IMG/VR virus record: IMGVR_UViG_3300029484_000045
Strand: one strand, 5' to 3'
DNA: 5,768 nt
Origin: a virus
Lineage: Duplodnaviria; Heunggongvirae; Uroviricota; Caudoviricetes
Below the pieces are notes generated by a model. The model worked only from the letters and a program-made list of their open reading frames with translations. It had not been told where the DNA came from and ran no database searches. The position numbers and the translations under genes were made by a program. Positions 1 to 5,503 of this stretch are shown here, one piece after another (within the stretch, counting starts at the first letter, position 1; every line of letters begins with the position of its first letter).

Positions 1-184
1 TGTTAGTCTTTTGATATAAAGACACGTCAACTTTCAGTTTCCCGTTAGTAATTTTTTCTAACTGGTACGCTCGGCCTTCAGGAATAATCTCAGGCCACTC
101 TGAAACAGACGGATGCTTAATACCTAGGGCTTCGGCGGTTTTACAAACTCCGCCGAAATAATTAATCACGTCGGATTTCCGCAT
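1..184 (-). CDS. cro: Cro-like HTH regulator, 5' complete, 3' end beyond window start
   Basis: Minus-strand ORF starting at ATG (complement of 182-184) with SD GGGAG about 6 nt upstream. Translation MRKSDVINYFGGVCKTAEALGIKHPSVSEWPEIIPEGRAYQLEKITNGKLKVDVSLYQKTN... runs off the window without a stop, which is why it is absent from the ORF track. Resembles P22 Cro as I recall it (KDVIxxFG, AxALGI, VSxWxExIPE). Divergent from the repressor across the operator region. Confidence 0.75.
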   Translation of the reverse strand, partial: MRKSDVINYFGGVCKTAEALGIKHPSVSEWPEIIPEGRAYQLEKITNGKLKVDVSLYQKTN

Positions 185-215
185 TTCTGTCTCCCGTTAA
201 ATTACGTTAAGCAGA

Positions 216-245
216 AATGTAGGATATCCAACATACCAATGTCAA
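216..245 (-). promoter_or_regulatory. PR-like promoter driving cro
   Basis: On the minus strand: -35 TTGACA (complement of 240-245), 18-nt spacer, -10 TACATT (complement of 216-221). Same -35/spacer/-10 architecture as the PL-like promoter at 1020-1049. An operator overlaps the -10/spacer. Confidence 0.6.
217..234. promoter_or_regulatory. Operator OR1-like, 18-bp palindrome ATGTAGGATATCCAACAT
   Basis: Near-perfect 18-bp palindrome. Its exact reverse complement occurs at 1031-1048 and a 17/18 variant at 996-1013. Lies between the -35 and -10 of the cro promoter. Confidence 0.7.
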
Positions 246-256
246 GAATCCTACAT
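239..256. promoter_or_regulatory. Operator OR2-like, degenerate left half
   Basis: ATGTCAAGAATCCTACAT matches the consensus ATGTWGGATAWCCWACAT at 13/18, with the outer ATGT...ACAT and right half-site intact. Overlaps the PR -35. Confidence 0.4.
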
Positions 257-263
257 GGGCATG

Positions 264-281
264 TGGTAGGATTGCCTACAT
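264..281. promoter_or_regulatory. Operator OR3-like overlapping the repressor start codon
   Basis: TGGTAGGATTGCCTACAT matches the operator consensus at 14/18. Overlaps the first ATG of the repressor ORF (280-282), as expected for autoregulation at a PRM-like promoter. The PRM -35/-10 could not be placed confidently. Confidence 0.5.
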
Positions 282-933
282 GATGAACATGAGTGATCGT
301 ATTCGCCAAAGGCGAAAAGAACTGAACCTGACACAACAAGCACTGGCTGATTTGACTGGTGTGAACCGTGTCACGGTTACTGGATGGGAAAAGGACGACT
401 ACCAACCAAATGGAGCCAACCTTCAAGCCCTAGCCAACGCACTTAAATGCGATCCTCTGTGGCTTGTTAGCGGAAAAGGCTCGCCTGAACCAAAGATAAA
501 TCTAAAACCTGAAATATTCGCAGTTAAAAAAGTCCCCCTCATCTCGTGGGTTCAGGCGGGTTCATGGACAATGACGGAGCCTGGTGTCAGGAAAGAAGAT
601 GCTGAAGAGTGGGTTTATACTACCGCCCTTGTATCAGAAATGGCATTTGCACTACGGGTCCGTGGTGATTCAATGACCAATCCCCTCGGCTCACCATCGA
701 TACCAGAAGGTTCTATCGTTATCGTAGAGCCAGATATTATTGATACAGAGTGTATTAACGGAAAAATCGTTGTTGCCCATATCAATGGTGGGCAAGAAGC
801 GACACTCAAAAAATTTGTTGAGGACTGGCCGAACAGGTATCTCGTCCCACTAAATCCTAACTATAAAACTATTGAATGCGGTGAGAACTGCAGAATAGTT
901 GGTCTTGTCAAACAAGTAATAATGGATTTTTGA
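280..933 (+). CDS. cI: CI/C2-type phage repressor (XRE HTH + S24 LexA-like autopeptidase domain)
   Basis: 217-aa ORF. N-terminal HTH (LTQQALADLTGVNRVTVTGWE). Ala-Gly autocleavage site (WVQAGSW), catalytic Ser in RGDSM and Lys in EATLKKF. Co-linear with P22 C2 as I recall it (PLISWVxAGxW, GDSM, SIPEG, NGKxVVA, ATxKK, PLNP). Three in-frame ATGs at 280, 283 and 289; true start unresolved. Confidence 0.9.
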   Translation: MMNMSDRIRQRRKELNLTQQALADLTGVNRVTVTGWEKDDYQPNGANLQALANALKCDPLWLVSGKGSPEPKINLKPEIFAVKKVPLISWVQAGSWTMTEPGVRKEDAEEWVYTTALVSEMAFALRVRGDSMTNPLGSPSIPEGSIVIVEPDIIDTECINGKIVVAHINGGQEATLKKFVEDWPNRYLVPLNPNYKTIECGENCRIVGLVKQVIMDF

Positions 934-953
934 CACATCTTCCTCACTATCGC

Positions 954-979
954 AAAACCGGGGTATCCCCGGTTTTTTT
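954..979 (+). terminator. Rho-independent terminator after the repressor gene
   Basis: A-tract, GC stem CCGGGG (958-963) / CCCCGG (967-972) with 3-nt loop TAT, then T7 tract at 973-979. Flanking A and T tracts make it look bidirectional. Confidence 0.8.
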
Positions 980-995
980 ATGAGCCTATCTTTTT

Positions 996-1013
996 ATGTA
1001 GGATAACCAACAT
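996..1013. promoter_or_regulatory. Operator OL2-like
   Basis: ATGTAGGATAACCAACAT, 17/18 identical to the OR1 palindrome. Immediately upstream of the PL -35. Confidence 0.7.
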
Positions 1014-1019
1014 AAACTC

Positions 1020-1049
1020 TTGACACTCACATGTTGGATATCCTACATT
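1020..1049 (+). promoter_or_regulatory. PL-like early-left promoter (rightward in this window)
   Basis: -35 TTGACA at 1020-1025, 18-nt spacer, -10 TACATT at 1044-1049. Operator OL1 sits in the spacer and -10. Mirrors the cro promoter. Confidence 0.65.
1031..1048. promoter_or_regulatory. Operator OL1-like
   Basis: ATGTTGGATATCCTACAT, the exact reverse complement of the site at 217-234. Confidence 0.7.
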
Positions 1050-1060
1050 TGTTTTTAGAG

Positions 1061-1114
1061 TTGTGGTGAATGCGCAGGCTGATGCGCGAAAGACATTGCA
1101 GCTATTGCGGAAAA
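1061..1114 (+). repeat. 54-bp direct repeat, copy 1 (PL transcript leader)
   Basis: Identical 54/54 to 1730-1783 (offset 669 bp); 5 of the 6 preceding bases also match. Contains hairpin GCGCA-GGCTGA-TGCGC at 1071-1088. Confidence 0.95.
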
Positions 1115-1166
1115 GAGCTGTTCGGCGGGGCCATTAAACGCCCGTATCTGGAGGTTAAAGAACAAA

Positions 1167-1283
1167 ATGAAAGTCCAGATTTTAAACAATAGTGGTGAAG
1201 TCGTTTGGTCATACGACATAGCCGCTCCTGTAGATCAGAGCGGCGATAGCTGGACCAATGGGAAACATCAGATTATGGCTGGN
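1167..1283 (+). CDS. Hypothetical small protein, first ORF after PL, 3' end obscured by N-run
   Basis: ATG at 1167 with GGAGG at 1150-1154 (12-nt spacing, long). Translation MKVQILNNSGEVVWSYDIAAPVDQSGDSWTNGKHQIMAG then runs into the N-run. The downstream frame cannot be trusted: the track's frame gives an F/R/K-rich tail, while the frame from 1301 gives a more protein-like tail to a stop at 1454-1456. Confidence 0.4.
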
Positions 1284-1300
1284 NNNNNNNNNNNNNNNNN
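1283..1300. other. Run of 18 N (masked or unresolved bases)
   Basis: Seen directly. Lies inside the repeat-bracketed insert, so gene boundaries here are uncertain. Confidence 1.
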
Positions 1301-1373
1301 GTATTCTCTTTACGCCGTGCTTTGGAACAGGCTGAAGTATTTCCATCAGACCCTGAATGGAAATGGCCTTTTT

Positions 1374-1619
1374 CTATTTGTCCAAATTCGGAGAGCACAT
1401 TTCAGAAAATTGGTCAGAAAGTCGCACTCGAAGAGCATCAGCCAACTGTTTCCTGATTTTTTCAGGTAACTCGTCGGCATCGCAGAAACAACAACGCTCG
1501 ATCATGTTGAAAGCCGATTCGTAGAACTGTTTCTGCTGAGTGTCGCTGAGACAGGAAAAGAGCGACGTTACGATGATTTTATTAATTGCATTATCAAGTT
1601 CTTTTTCATCAAAAGTCAT
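1374..1619 (-). CDS. Hypothetical 81-aa acidic protein, antisense to the PL operon
   Basis: Minus-strand ORF with ATG (complement of 1617-1619) and SD AAGGA about 6 nt upstream. Product MTFDEKELDNAINKIIVTSLFSCLSDTQQKQFYESAFNMIERCCFCDADELPEKIRKQLADALRVRLSDQFSEMCSPNLDK is net acidic with 5 Cys. No family recognised. Confidence 0.55.
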   Translation of the reverse strand: MTFDEKELDNAINKIIVTSLFSCLSDTQQKQFYESAFNMIERCCFCDADELPEKIRKQLADALRVRLSDQFSEMCSPNLDK

Positions 1620-1729
1620 TTGATTTTCCTTTTATGTATACGGGCTTAAAAGGATACCACCGAGCCTGAAGTGGTGAAAAGACAGGCACATAACAGCTAA
1701 GTATTTTCAACCAGAGAGAATCCTTAGCG

Positions 1730-1783
1730 TTGTGGTGAATGCGCAGGCTGATGCGCGAAAGACATTGCAGCTATTGCGGAAAA
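1730..1783 (+). repeat. 54-bp direct repeat, copy 2
   Basis: Identical to 1061-1114. Followed at once by an N-run, so the true repeat length may be greater. Confidence 0.95.
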
Positions 1784-1794
1784 NNNNNNNNNNN
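1784..1794. other. Run of 11 N (masked or unresolved bases)
   Basis: Seen directly, adjacent to repeat copy 2. Confidence 1.
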
Positions 1795-1871
1795 CCCACC
1801 CGTCTGGTGTGCAACCTTCGCCAGGCACCGGGAGGCACCCGGCACCACAACTTTATGCTGTGTGTAGTCCT

Positions 1872-1918
1872 GGCGGTACCAGTTTGTACCCTTGCTTCCG
1901 GCTGGTACCGTCCTTTTT
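1872..1918 (+). terminator. Candidate intrinsic terminator / regulatory hairpin in the leader upstream of yfdP
   Basis: Perfect inverted repeat CGGTACCAG (1874-1882) / CTGGTACCG (1902-1910), extendable to about 13 bp with G-U pairs, loop about 15-19 nt, then C and a T5 tract (1914-1918). Each arm contains a GGTACC palindrome, so a protein-binding DNA site is an alternative reading. Confidence 0.4.
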
Positions 1919-2055
1919 ACAAAACAGAGAAGAGCATCACCGGACGACGGGCTCATAACCCAATCCATCCGGGCGGCTGCCACCGCAGGTGTTCTTCTCT
2001 GTTTTGTGGAGAAACCAACCGACCTTGCAGGGTCGATATGATGAGGAGCAGCAAA

Positions 2056-2418
2056 ATGGCTAGCGAACGCAGTACTGATGTGCAGGCATTTATCGGGGAG
2101 CTGGACGGCGGCGTATTTGAAACCAAAATCGGCGCAGTTCTCAGTGAAGTCGCTTCCGGTGTGATGAACACGAAAACCAAAGGGAAGGTCTCACTCAACC
2201 TGGAAATCGAACCATTTGATGAGAACCGTGTGAAAATCAAACACAAACTCTCATATGTTCGCCCGACTAACCGCGGGAAAATTTCCGAAGAAGACACCAC
2301 CGAAACGCCGATGTATGTCAATCGCGGTGGTCGCCTGACTATTCTGCAGGAAGACCAGGGACAATTACTGACTCTTGCCGGTGAACCTGACGGAAAACTC
2401 CGCGCAGCAGGTCATTAA
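2056..2418 (+). CDS. yfdP: YfdP-like prophage protein (120 aa)
   Basis: ATG at 2056 preceded by strong SD GAGGAG (2045-2050). 120-aa product MASERSTDVQAFIGELDGG... matches the length and position of E. coli CPS-53/KplE1 YfdP as I recall it. The longer track ORF 1732-2418 is rejected as the start. Confidence 0.8.
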   Translation: MASERSTDVQAFIGELDGGVFETKIGAVLSEVASGVMNTKTKGKVSLNLEIEPFDENRVKIKHKLSYVRPTNRGKISEEDTTETPMYVNRGGRLTILQEDQGQLLTLAGEPDGKLRAAGH

Positions 2419-2483
2419 TATCGTTCTTAATTAACTGATTATTTATCTCATCACTGAATATCTTTATATAGTGAGGACTTATT

Positions 2484-3308
2484 ATGTCTCAGAACTTAGA
2501 CGCAACCGCAATTAATCAAATCCATGCCCTTATTTCCGCTCAGGGTGTTAATGAAATTATCAGTAAGATTGGTGCCGACGCAGTGGCATTACCTGAAAAT
2601 TTCCGCATTCATGATCTGGAAAAATTTAATTTAAATCGCTTCCGTTTCCGTGGTGCGCTTTCCACTGCCAGCATCGATGACTTTACCCGTTATTCTAAAG
2701 ATCTTGCAGATGAAGGCACCCGCTGCTTTATCGATGCCGATAATATGCGAGCCGTCAGTGTGCTTAACCTGGGTACTATTGATGAACCAGGTCACGCAGA
2801 TAACACCGCCACTCTCAAACTGAAAAAGACAGCACCGTTCTCTGCCCTGTTGTCTGTTAACGGCGAGCGTAACTCCCAGAAGTCACTGGCAGAATGGATT
2901 GAAGACTGGGCCGACTACCTTGTGGGCTTTGATGCTAATGGTGACGCCATTCAGGCAACCAAAGCGGCTGCGGCGGTCCGTAAAATCACGATTGAAGCAA
3001 ACCAAACCGCTGATTTTGAAGATAATGACTTCGGCGGCAAACGCTCCCTGATGGAGTCTGTCGAAGCGAAGACCAAAGATATTATGCCAGTGGCATTTGA
3101 ATTTAAATGCGTTCCGTTTGAAGGCCTGAAAGAACGTCCGTTTAAATTACGCCTCAGCATTATCACTGGCGATCGTCCTGTACTGGTTCTGCGCATTATT
3201 CAGCTGGAAGCGGTGCAGGAAGAAATGGCTAACGAATTTCGTGATCTGCTTGTTGAGAAATTCAAGGACAGCAAAGTAGAAACCTTCATTGGTACTTTCA
3301 GCGCCTGA
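2484..3308 (+). CDS. yfdQ: YfdQ-like prophage protein (274 aa; DUF2303-type, from memory)
   Basis: ATG at 2484 with SD GAGGA 6 nt upstream. 274 aa, matching the length and gene order (yfdP-yfdQ-yfdR-yfdS) of the CPS-53/KplE1 early-left cluster. Confidence 0.9.
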   Translation: MSQNLDATAINQIHALISAQGVNEIISKIGADAVALPENFRIHDLEKFNLNRFRFRGALSTASIDDFTRYSKDLADEGTRCFIDADNMRAVSVLNLGTIDEPGHADNTATLKLKKTAPFSALLSVNGERNSQKSLAEWIEDWADYLVGFDANGDAIQATKAAAAVRKITIEANQTADFEDNDFGGKRSLMESVEAKTKDIMPVAFEFKCVPFEGLKERPFKLRLSIITGDRPVLVLRIIQLEAVQEEMANEFRDLLVEKFKDSKVETFIGTFSA

Positions 3309-3320
3309 TTTCATTACTGC

Positions 3321-3342
3321 AAATGCCCCTGCGGGGGCATTT
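3321..3342 (+). other. Perfect 9-bp stem with tetraloop just after the yfdQ stop (weak terminator or RNA processing hairpin)
   Basis: AAATGCCCC (3321-3329) / GGGGCATTT (3334-3342), loop TGCG. U-rich sequence is only partly outside the stem, so a partial terminator or RNase site is more likely than a strong terminator. Confidence 0.4.
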
Positions 3343-3435
3343 ATGGAAACGTAATTAACTCAATAATCGCCGGATGGTGAGGGCTTCCTTTTACCAGAAT
3401 TCAGCGTGGTGCAGCACATATACGTGGAGAACAAA

Positions 3436-3972
3436 ATGTCATTTATTAAAACTTTTTCCGGGAAGCATTTTTATTATGACAAGATAAATAAAGACGACAT
3501 CGTTATTAACGATATCGCGGTTTCCCTTTCAAATATCTGTCGCTTTGCAGGACATCTTTCACACTTCTACAGTGTCGCCCAACATGCGGTGCTTTGCAGC
3601 CAGCTGGTGCCGCAGGAATTTGCTTTTGAAGCTTTAATGCATGATGCAACAGAAGCATATTGCCAGGACATCCCCGCACCACTGAAACGACTTCTTCCTG
3701 ACTATAAACGGATGGAAGAAAAAATAGACGCCGTAATCCGTGAGAAATACGGGTTACCTCCTGTTATGAGCACGCCAGTGAAATATGCCGATCTCATTAT
3801 GCTGGCAACCGAACGCCGCGATCTCGGGCTTGATGATGGCTCTTTCTGGCCTGTACTGGAAGGTATCCCGGCGACAGAGATGTTCAAAGTTATTCCACTG
3901 TCACCAGGCCATGCCTACGGGATGTTTATGGAACGTTTTAACGAGTTATCGGAGTTACGCAAATGCGCATGA
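3436..3972 (+). CDS. yfdR: HD-domain phosphohydrolase, YfdR-like 5'-deoxynucleotidase (178 aa)
   Basis: ATG at 3436 with SD GGAG (3427-3430), preferred over the GTG at 3406 in the track. HD signature: His in AQHAVL and the H-D dyad in LMHDATEAY. Length 178 aa matches E. coli YfdR. Confidence 0.9.
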   Translation: MSFIKTFSGKHFYYDKINKDDIVINDIAVSLSNICRFAGHLSHFYSVAQHAVLCSQLVPQEFAFEALMHDATEAYCQDIPAPLKRLLPDYKRMEEKIDAVIREKYGLPPVMSTPVKYADLIMLATERRDLGLDDGSFWPVLEGIPATEMFKVIPLSPGHAYGMFMERFNELSELRKCA

Positions 3973-4325
3973 ATGTTTTCGAAATGGAAGGGTTTCTTCG
4001 CGGGAAATGTGTACCGCGAGATCTGAAAGTGAACGAAACAAATGCTGAGTACCTGGTACGTAAATTCGATGCGCTTGAAGCTAAATGTACGGCACTGGAA
4101 AACAAAATAATACCAGTGTCAGCTGAACTGCCACCAGCAAATGAAAGTGTTCTGTTATTTGATGCTAACGGAGAAGGCTGGCTAATTGGCTGGCGTTCTC
4201 TCTGGTACACCTGGGGACAAAAAGAAACCGGAGAATGGCAGTGGACATTTCAGGTCGGGGACCTTGAAAACGTCAATATCACTCACTGGGCAGTAATGCC
4301 GAAAGCACCGGAGAATAAGAAATGA
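3963..4325 (+). CDS. yfdS: YfdS-like prophage protein (120 aa)
   Basis: ATG at 3963 overlaps the yfdR stop by 10 nt (translational coupling). 120 aa, Trp-rich C-terminus. Position and length match YfdS. Confidence 0.85.
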   Translation: MRMNVFEMEGFLRGKCVPRDLKVNETNAEYLVRKFDALEAKCTALENKIIPVSAELPPANESVLLFDANGEGWLIGWRSLWYTWGQKETGEWQWTFQVGDLENVNITHWAVMPKAPENKK

Positions 4326-4525
4326 GCGTGATAAAAACTCATACAGGAATTGTTATCACCCGAGACGGTCCGCAGGTAAAAAAACTGCACCAGACAAAGC
4401 GGATGTGGGTCGTCGGAAAAAACGAGTTTTACCACAAAGAAACCGGACGCCGCCACTTTGCAGAAAATACGCGCCGCCGACTGCTGATCGACAGCATCAA
4501 GCCTATCGAGGTGAAGCATGTTTAA
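4322..4525 (+). CDS. Hypothetical small basic protein (67 aa)
   Basis: ATGA start/stop overlap with yfdS. SD GGAGA 7 nt upstream. The competing frame 4405-4767 looks like low-complexity R/K read-through. Confidence 0.6.
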   Translation: MSVIKTHTGIVITRDGPQVKKLHQTKRMWVVGKNEFYHKETGRRHFAENTRRRLLIDSIKPIEVKHV

Positions 4526-4757
4526 ACAGAACGAAAAATCTATCGCTCAAATTGCTGAGTATATCCCGCGTGCGTGCCGGGGTATGCAGTTGCAGGAAGC
4601 CAAAGCGCGCCTGGAGAAAAAAATTGCGCTCTATATCGATGACGGCTGTGATGCTGCCGTTCTTAACGCAGCGTTCGCGCCAGCTCTTAACAGTCATACG
4701 CGGGAGTCTTTTTTTTCGCGCATCGCAGCGCAGATCCGTAAAGGAGGCAACCAGTGA
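4518..4757 (+). CDS. Hypothetical protein (79 aa)
   Basis: ATG at 4518 overlaps the upstream stop. SD GAGGT 6 nt upstream. Coding-like composition. Confidence 0.6.
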   Translation: MFKQNEKSIAQIAEYIPRACRGMQLQEAKARLEKKIALYIDDGCDAAVLNAAFAPALNSHTRESFFSRIAAQIRKGGNQ

Positions 4758-5308
4758 GCGAGATTAACTATCAGGCTCTGCGACTGGCGGCAGAAAATGC
4801 AACACCAGGCGAATGGTGTGCTGATGACTACCATGGAGTAATTGCCGATGCCGGACTGAACGCCAATTACTACATAGCATCATGCTCAGGACCAGATAAT
4901 CGCGCCAATAAACGATTCATAGCCGCCGCCAATCCTGCCACCGTCTTGGCGCTGCTGGATGAGCTGGAAGCAGCAGAGAAGCGAAACGCTGAATTACAAA
5001 GCGAGAATGCATACATCCGCAACCGGTACAAAGAACTGGACCTATTAATCGGGAAAAACATTCTGGTCATGCAGGCTGCCATTATCGAATGGCAGGCAAC
5101 TGGCGACGCTAAGAGCGGACTGGCATGGATTTATAACACACTGTTTGGCCCTGGCGAATTACCGGACGAATCTGAGAAAGATGCTCAGGCCTACTTTAAT
5201 CGCAAATATGCACCGATTGACGAAAAGCTCATGGCGCTTCACAAGTGGTTTTGGGAACAAAGTGAAGCCGAGCGCGCCGCCGCCAACATTGGTGTGAAGG
5301 GGAAGTGA
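4754..5308 (+). CDS. Ead/Ea22-like early-region protein (184 aa)
   Basis: GTG start at 4754 overlapping the upstream stop (GTGA), with strong SD AGGAGG 6 nt upstream. Predicted coiled-coil segment LLDELEAAEKRNAELQSENAYIRNRYKELD resembles Ead/Ea22-like proteins of enterobacterial lambdoid prophages (from memory). The family call is less certain than the existence of the gene. Confidence 0.7.
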   Translation: MSEINYQALRLAAENATPGEWCADDYHGVIADAGLNANYYIASCSGPDNRANKRFIAAANPATVLALLDELEAAEKRNAELQSENAYIRNRYKELDLLIGKNILVMQAAIIEWQATGDAKSGLAWIYNTLFGPGELPDESEKDAQAYFNRKYAPIDEKLMALHKWFWEQSEAERAAANIGVKGK

Positions 5309-5309
5309 G

Positions 5310-5501
5310 ATGAACGGACAAATCTCAATTGTTCGACCGGGAGCATGTGACGATTGCGAGATACGAATGATTATTCGTCTGGCGATGGGGAAAACAATAA
5401 CTGCTCTCATTACTCCTGAAAATCTCGCATTAGCATTAACCGGAAAGTCAGACCTGCCAGTAGAGCTAAAGCTGCGAAATATTGAGATTAAAGTGAAATA
5501 G
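5310..5501 (+). CDS. Hypothetical small protein (63 aa)
   Basis: ATG 1 nt after the upstream stop; purine-rich SD-like sequence upstream. No family recognised. Confidence 0.55.
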   Translation: MNGQISIVRPGACDDCEIRMIIRLAMGKTITALITPENLALALTGKSDLPVELKLRNIEIKVK

Positions 5502-5503
5502 TT

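Noticed and set aside
202-426. 74-aa minus-strand ORF overlapping the operator region and repressor start
   Set aside because: It runs antisense across the repressor gene and operators, has no RBS and a low-complexity product. The cro-like gene at 1-184 is the real leftward gene.
615-809. 64-aa minus-strand ORF inside the repressor gene
   Set aside because: Entirely antisense to the well-supported S24-peptidase domain coding sequence; no start context.
1063-1137. 24-codon basic ORF in the PL leader as a miniature N-like arginine-rich antiterminator
   Set aside because: GTG start within about 8 nt of the predicted transcript 5' end with no SD, and far too short for the NusA/RNAP-interacting regions of N proteins. 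Kept only as a note in the leader finding.
1771-2321. Minus-strand ORFs 1771-1983 and 1953-2321
   Set aside because: Antisense to the leader and yfdP, running through masked bases, with Pro/Ser/Arg-rich products and no RBS. Open frames are expected by chance in GC-rich sequence.
1732-2418. 228-aa track ORF reading from repeat copy 2 through to the end of yfdP, which would be an N-terminally extended or N-like-fused YfdP
   Set aside because: GTG start without an SD; the upstream 108 codons include masked bases and encode a Cys/His/Pro/Arg-rich sequence typical of GC-rich non-coding DNA. A strong SD (GAGGAG) precedes the ATG at 2056, giving exactly the 120-aa YfdP length. The open frame is noted but treated as non-coding leader.
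2951-4210. Track ORFs antisense or out of frame to yfdQ, yfdR and yfdS (2951-3196 minus, 3702-3887 minus, 3785-4048 plus, 3938-4210 minus)
   Set aside because: Each overlaps a gene supported by RBS, domain motifs and operon context. Their products are low-complexity and there is no independent start signal.
4702-4709. T8 homopolymer inside the 79-aa ORF as a possible slippage or frameshift site
   Set aside because: Short tract, and the alternative frames end within 10 nt of the annotated stop, so a shift would change little. No slippery heptamer with a downstream structure is evident.
4283-5410. Track ORFs 4283-4519 minus, 4405-4767 plus, 4503-4697 minus, 4870-5082 minus and 5159-5410 minus
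   Set aside because: They overlap the translationally coupled plus-strand gene chain. 4405-4767 is an R/K-rich alternative frame; the others are antisense. None has a credible RBS.
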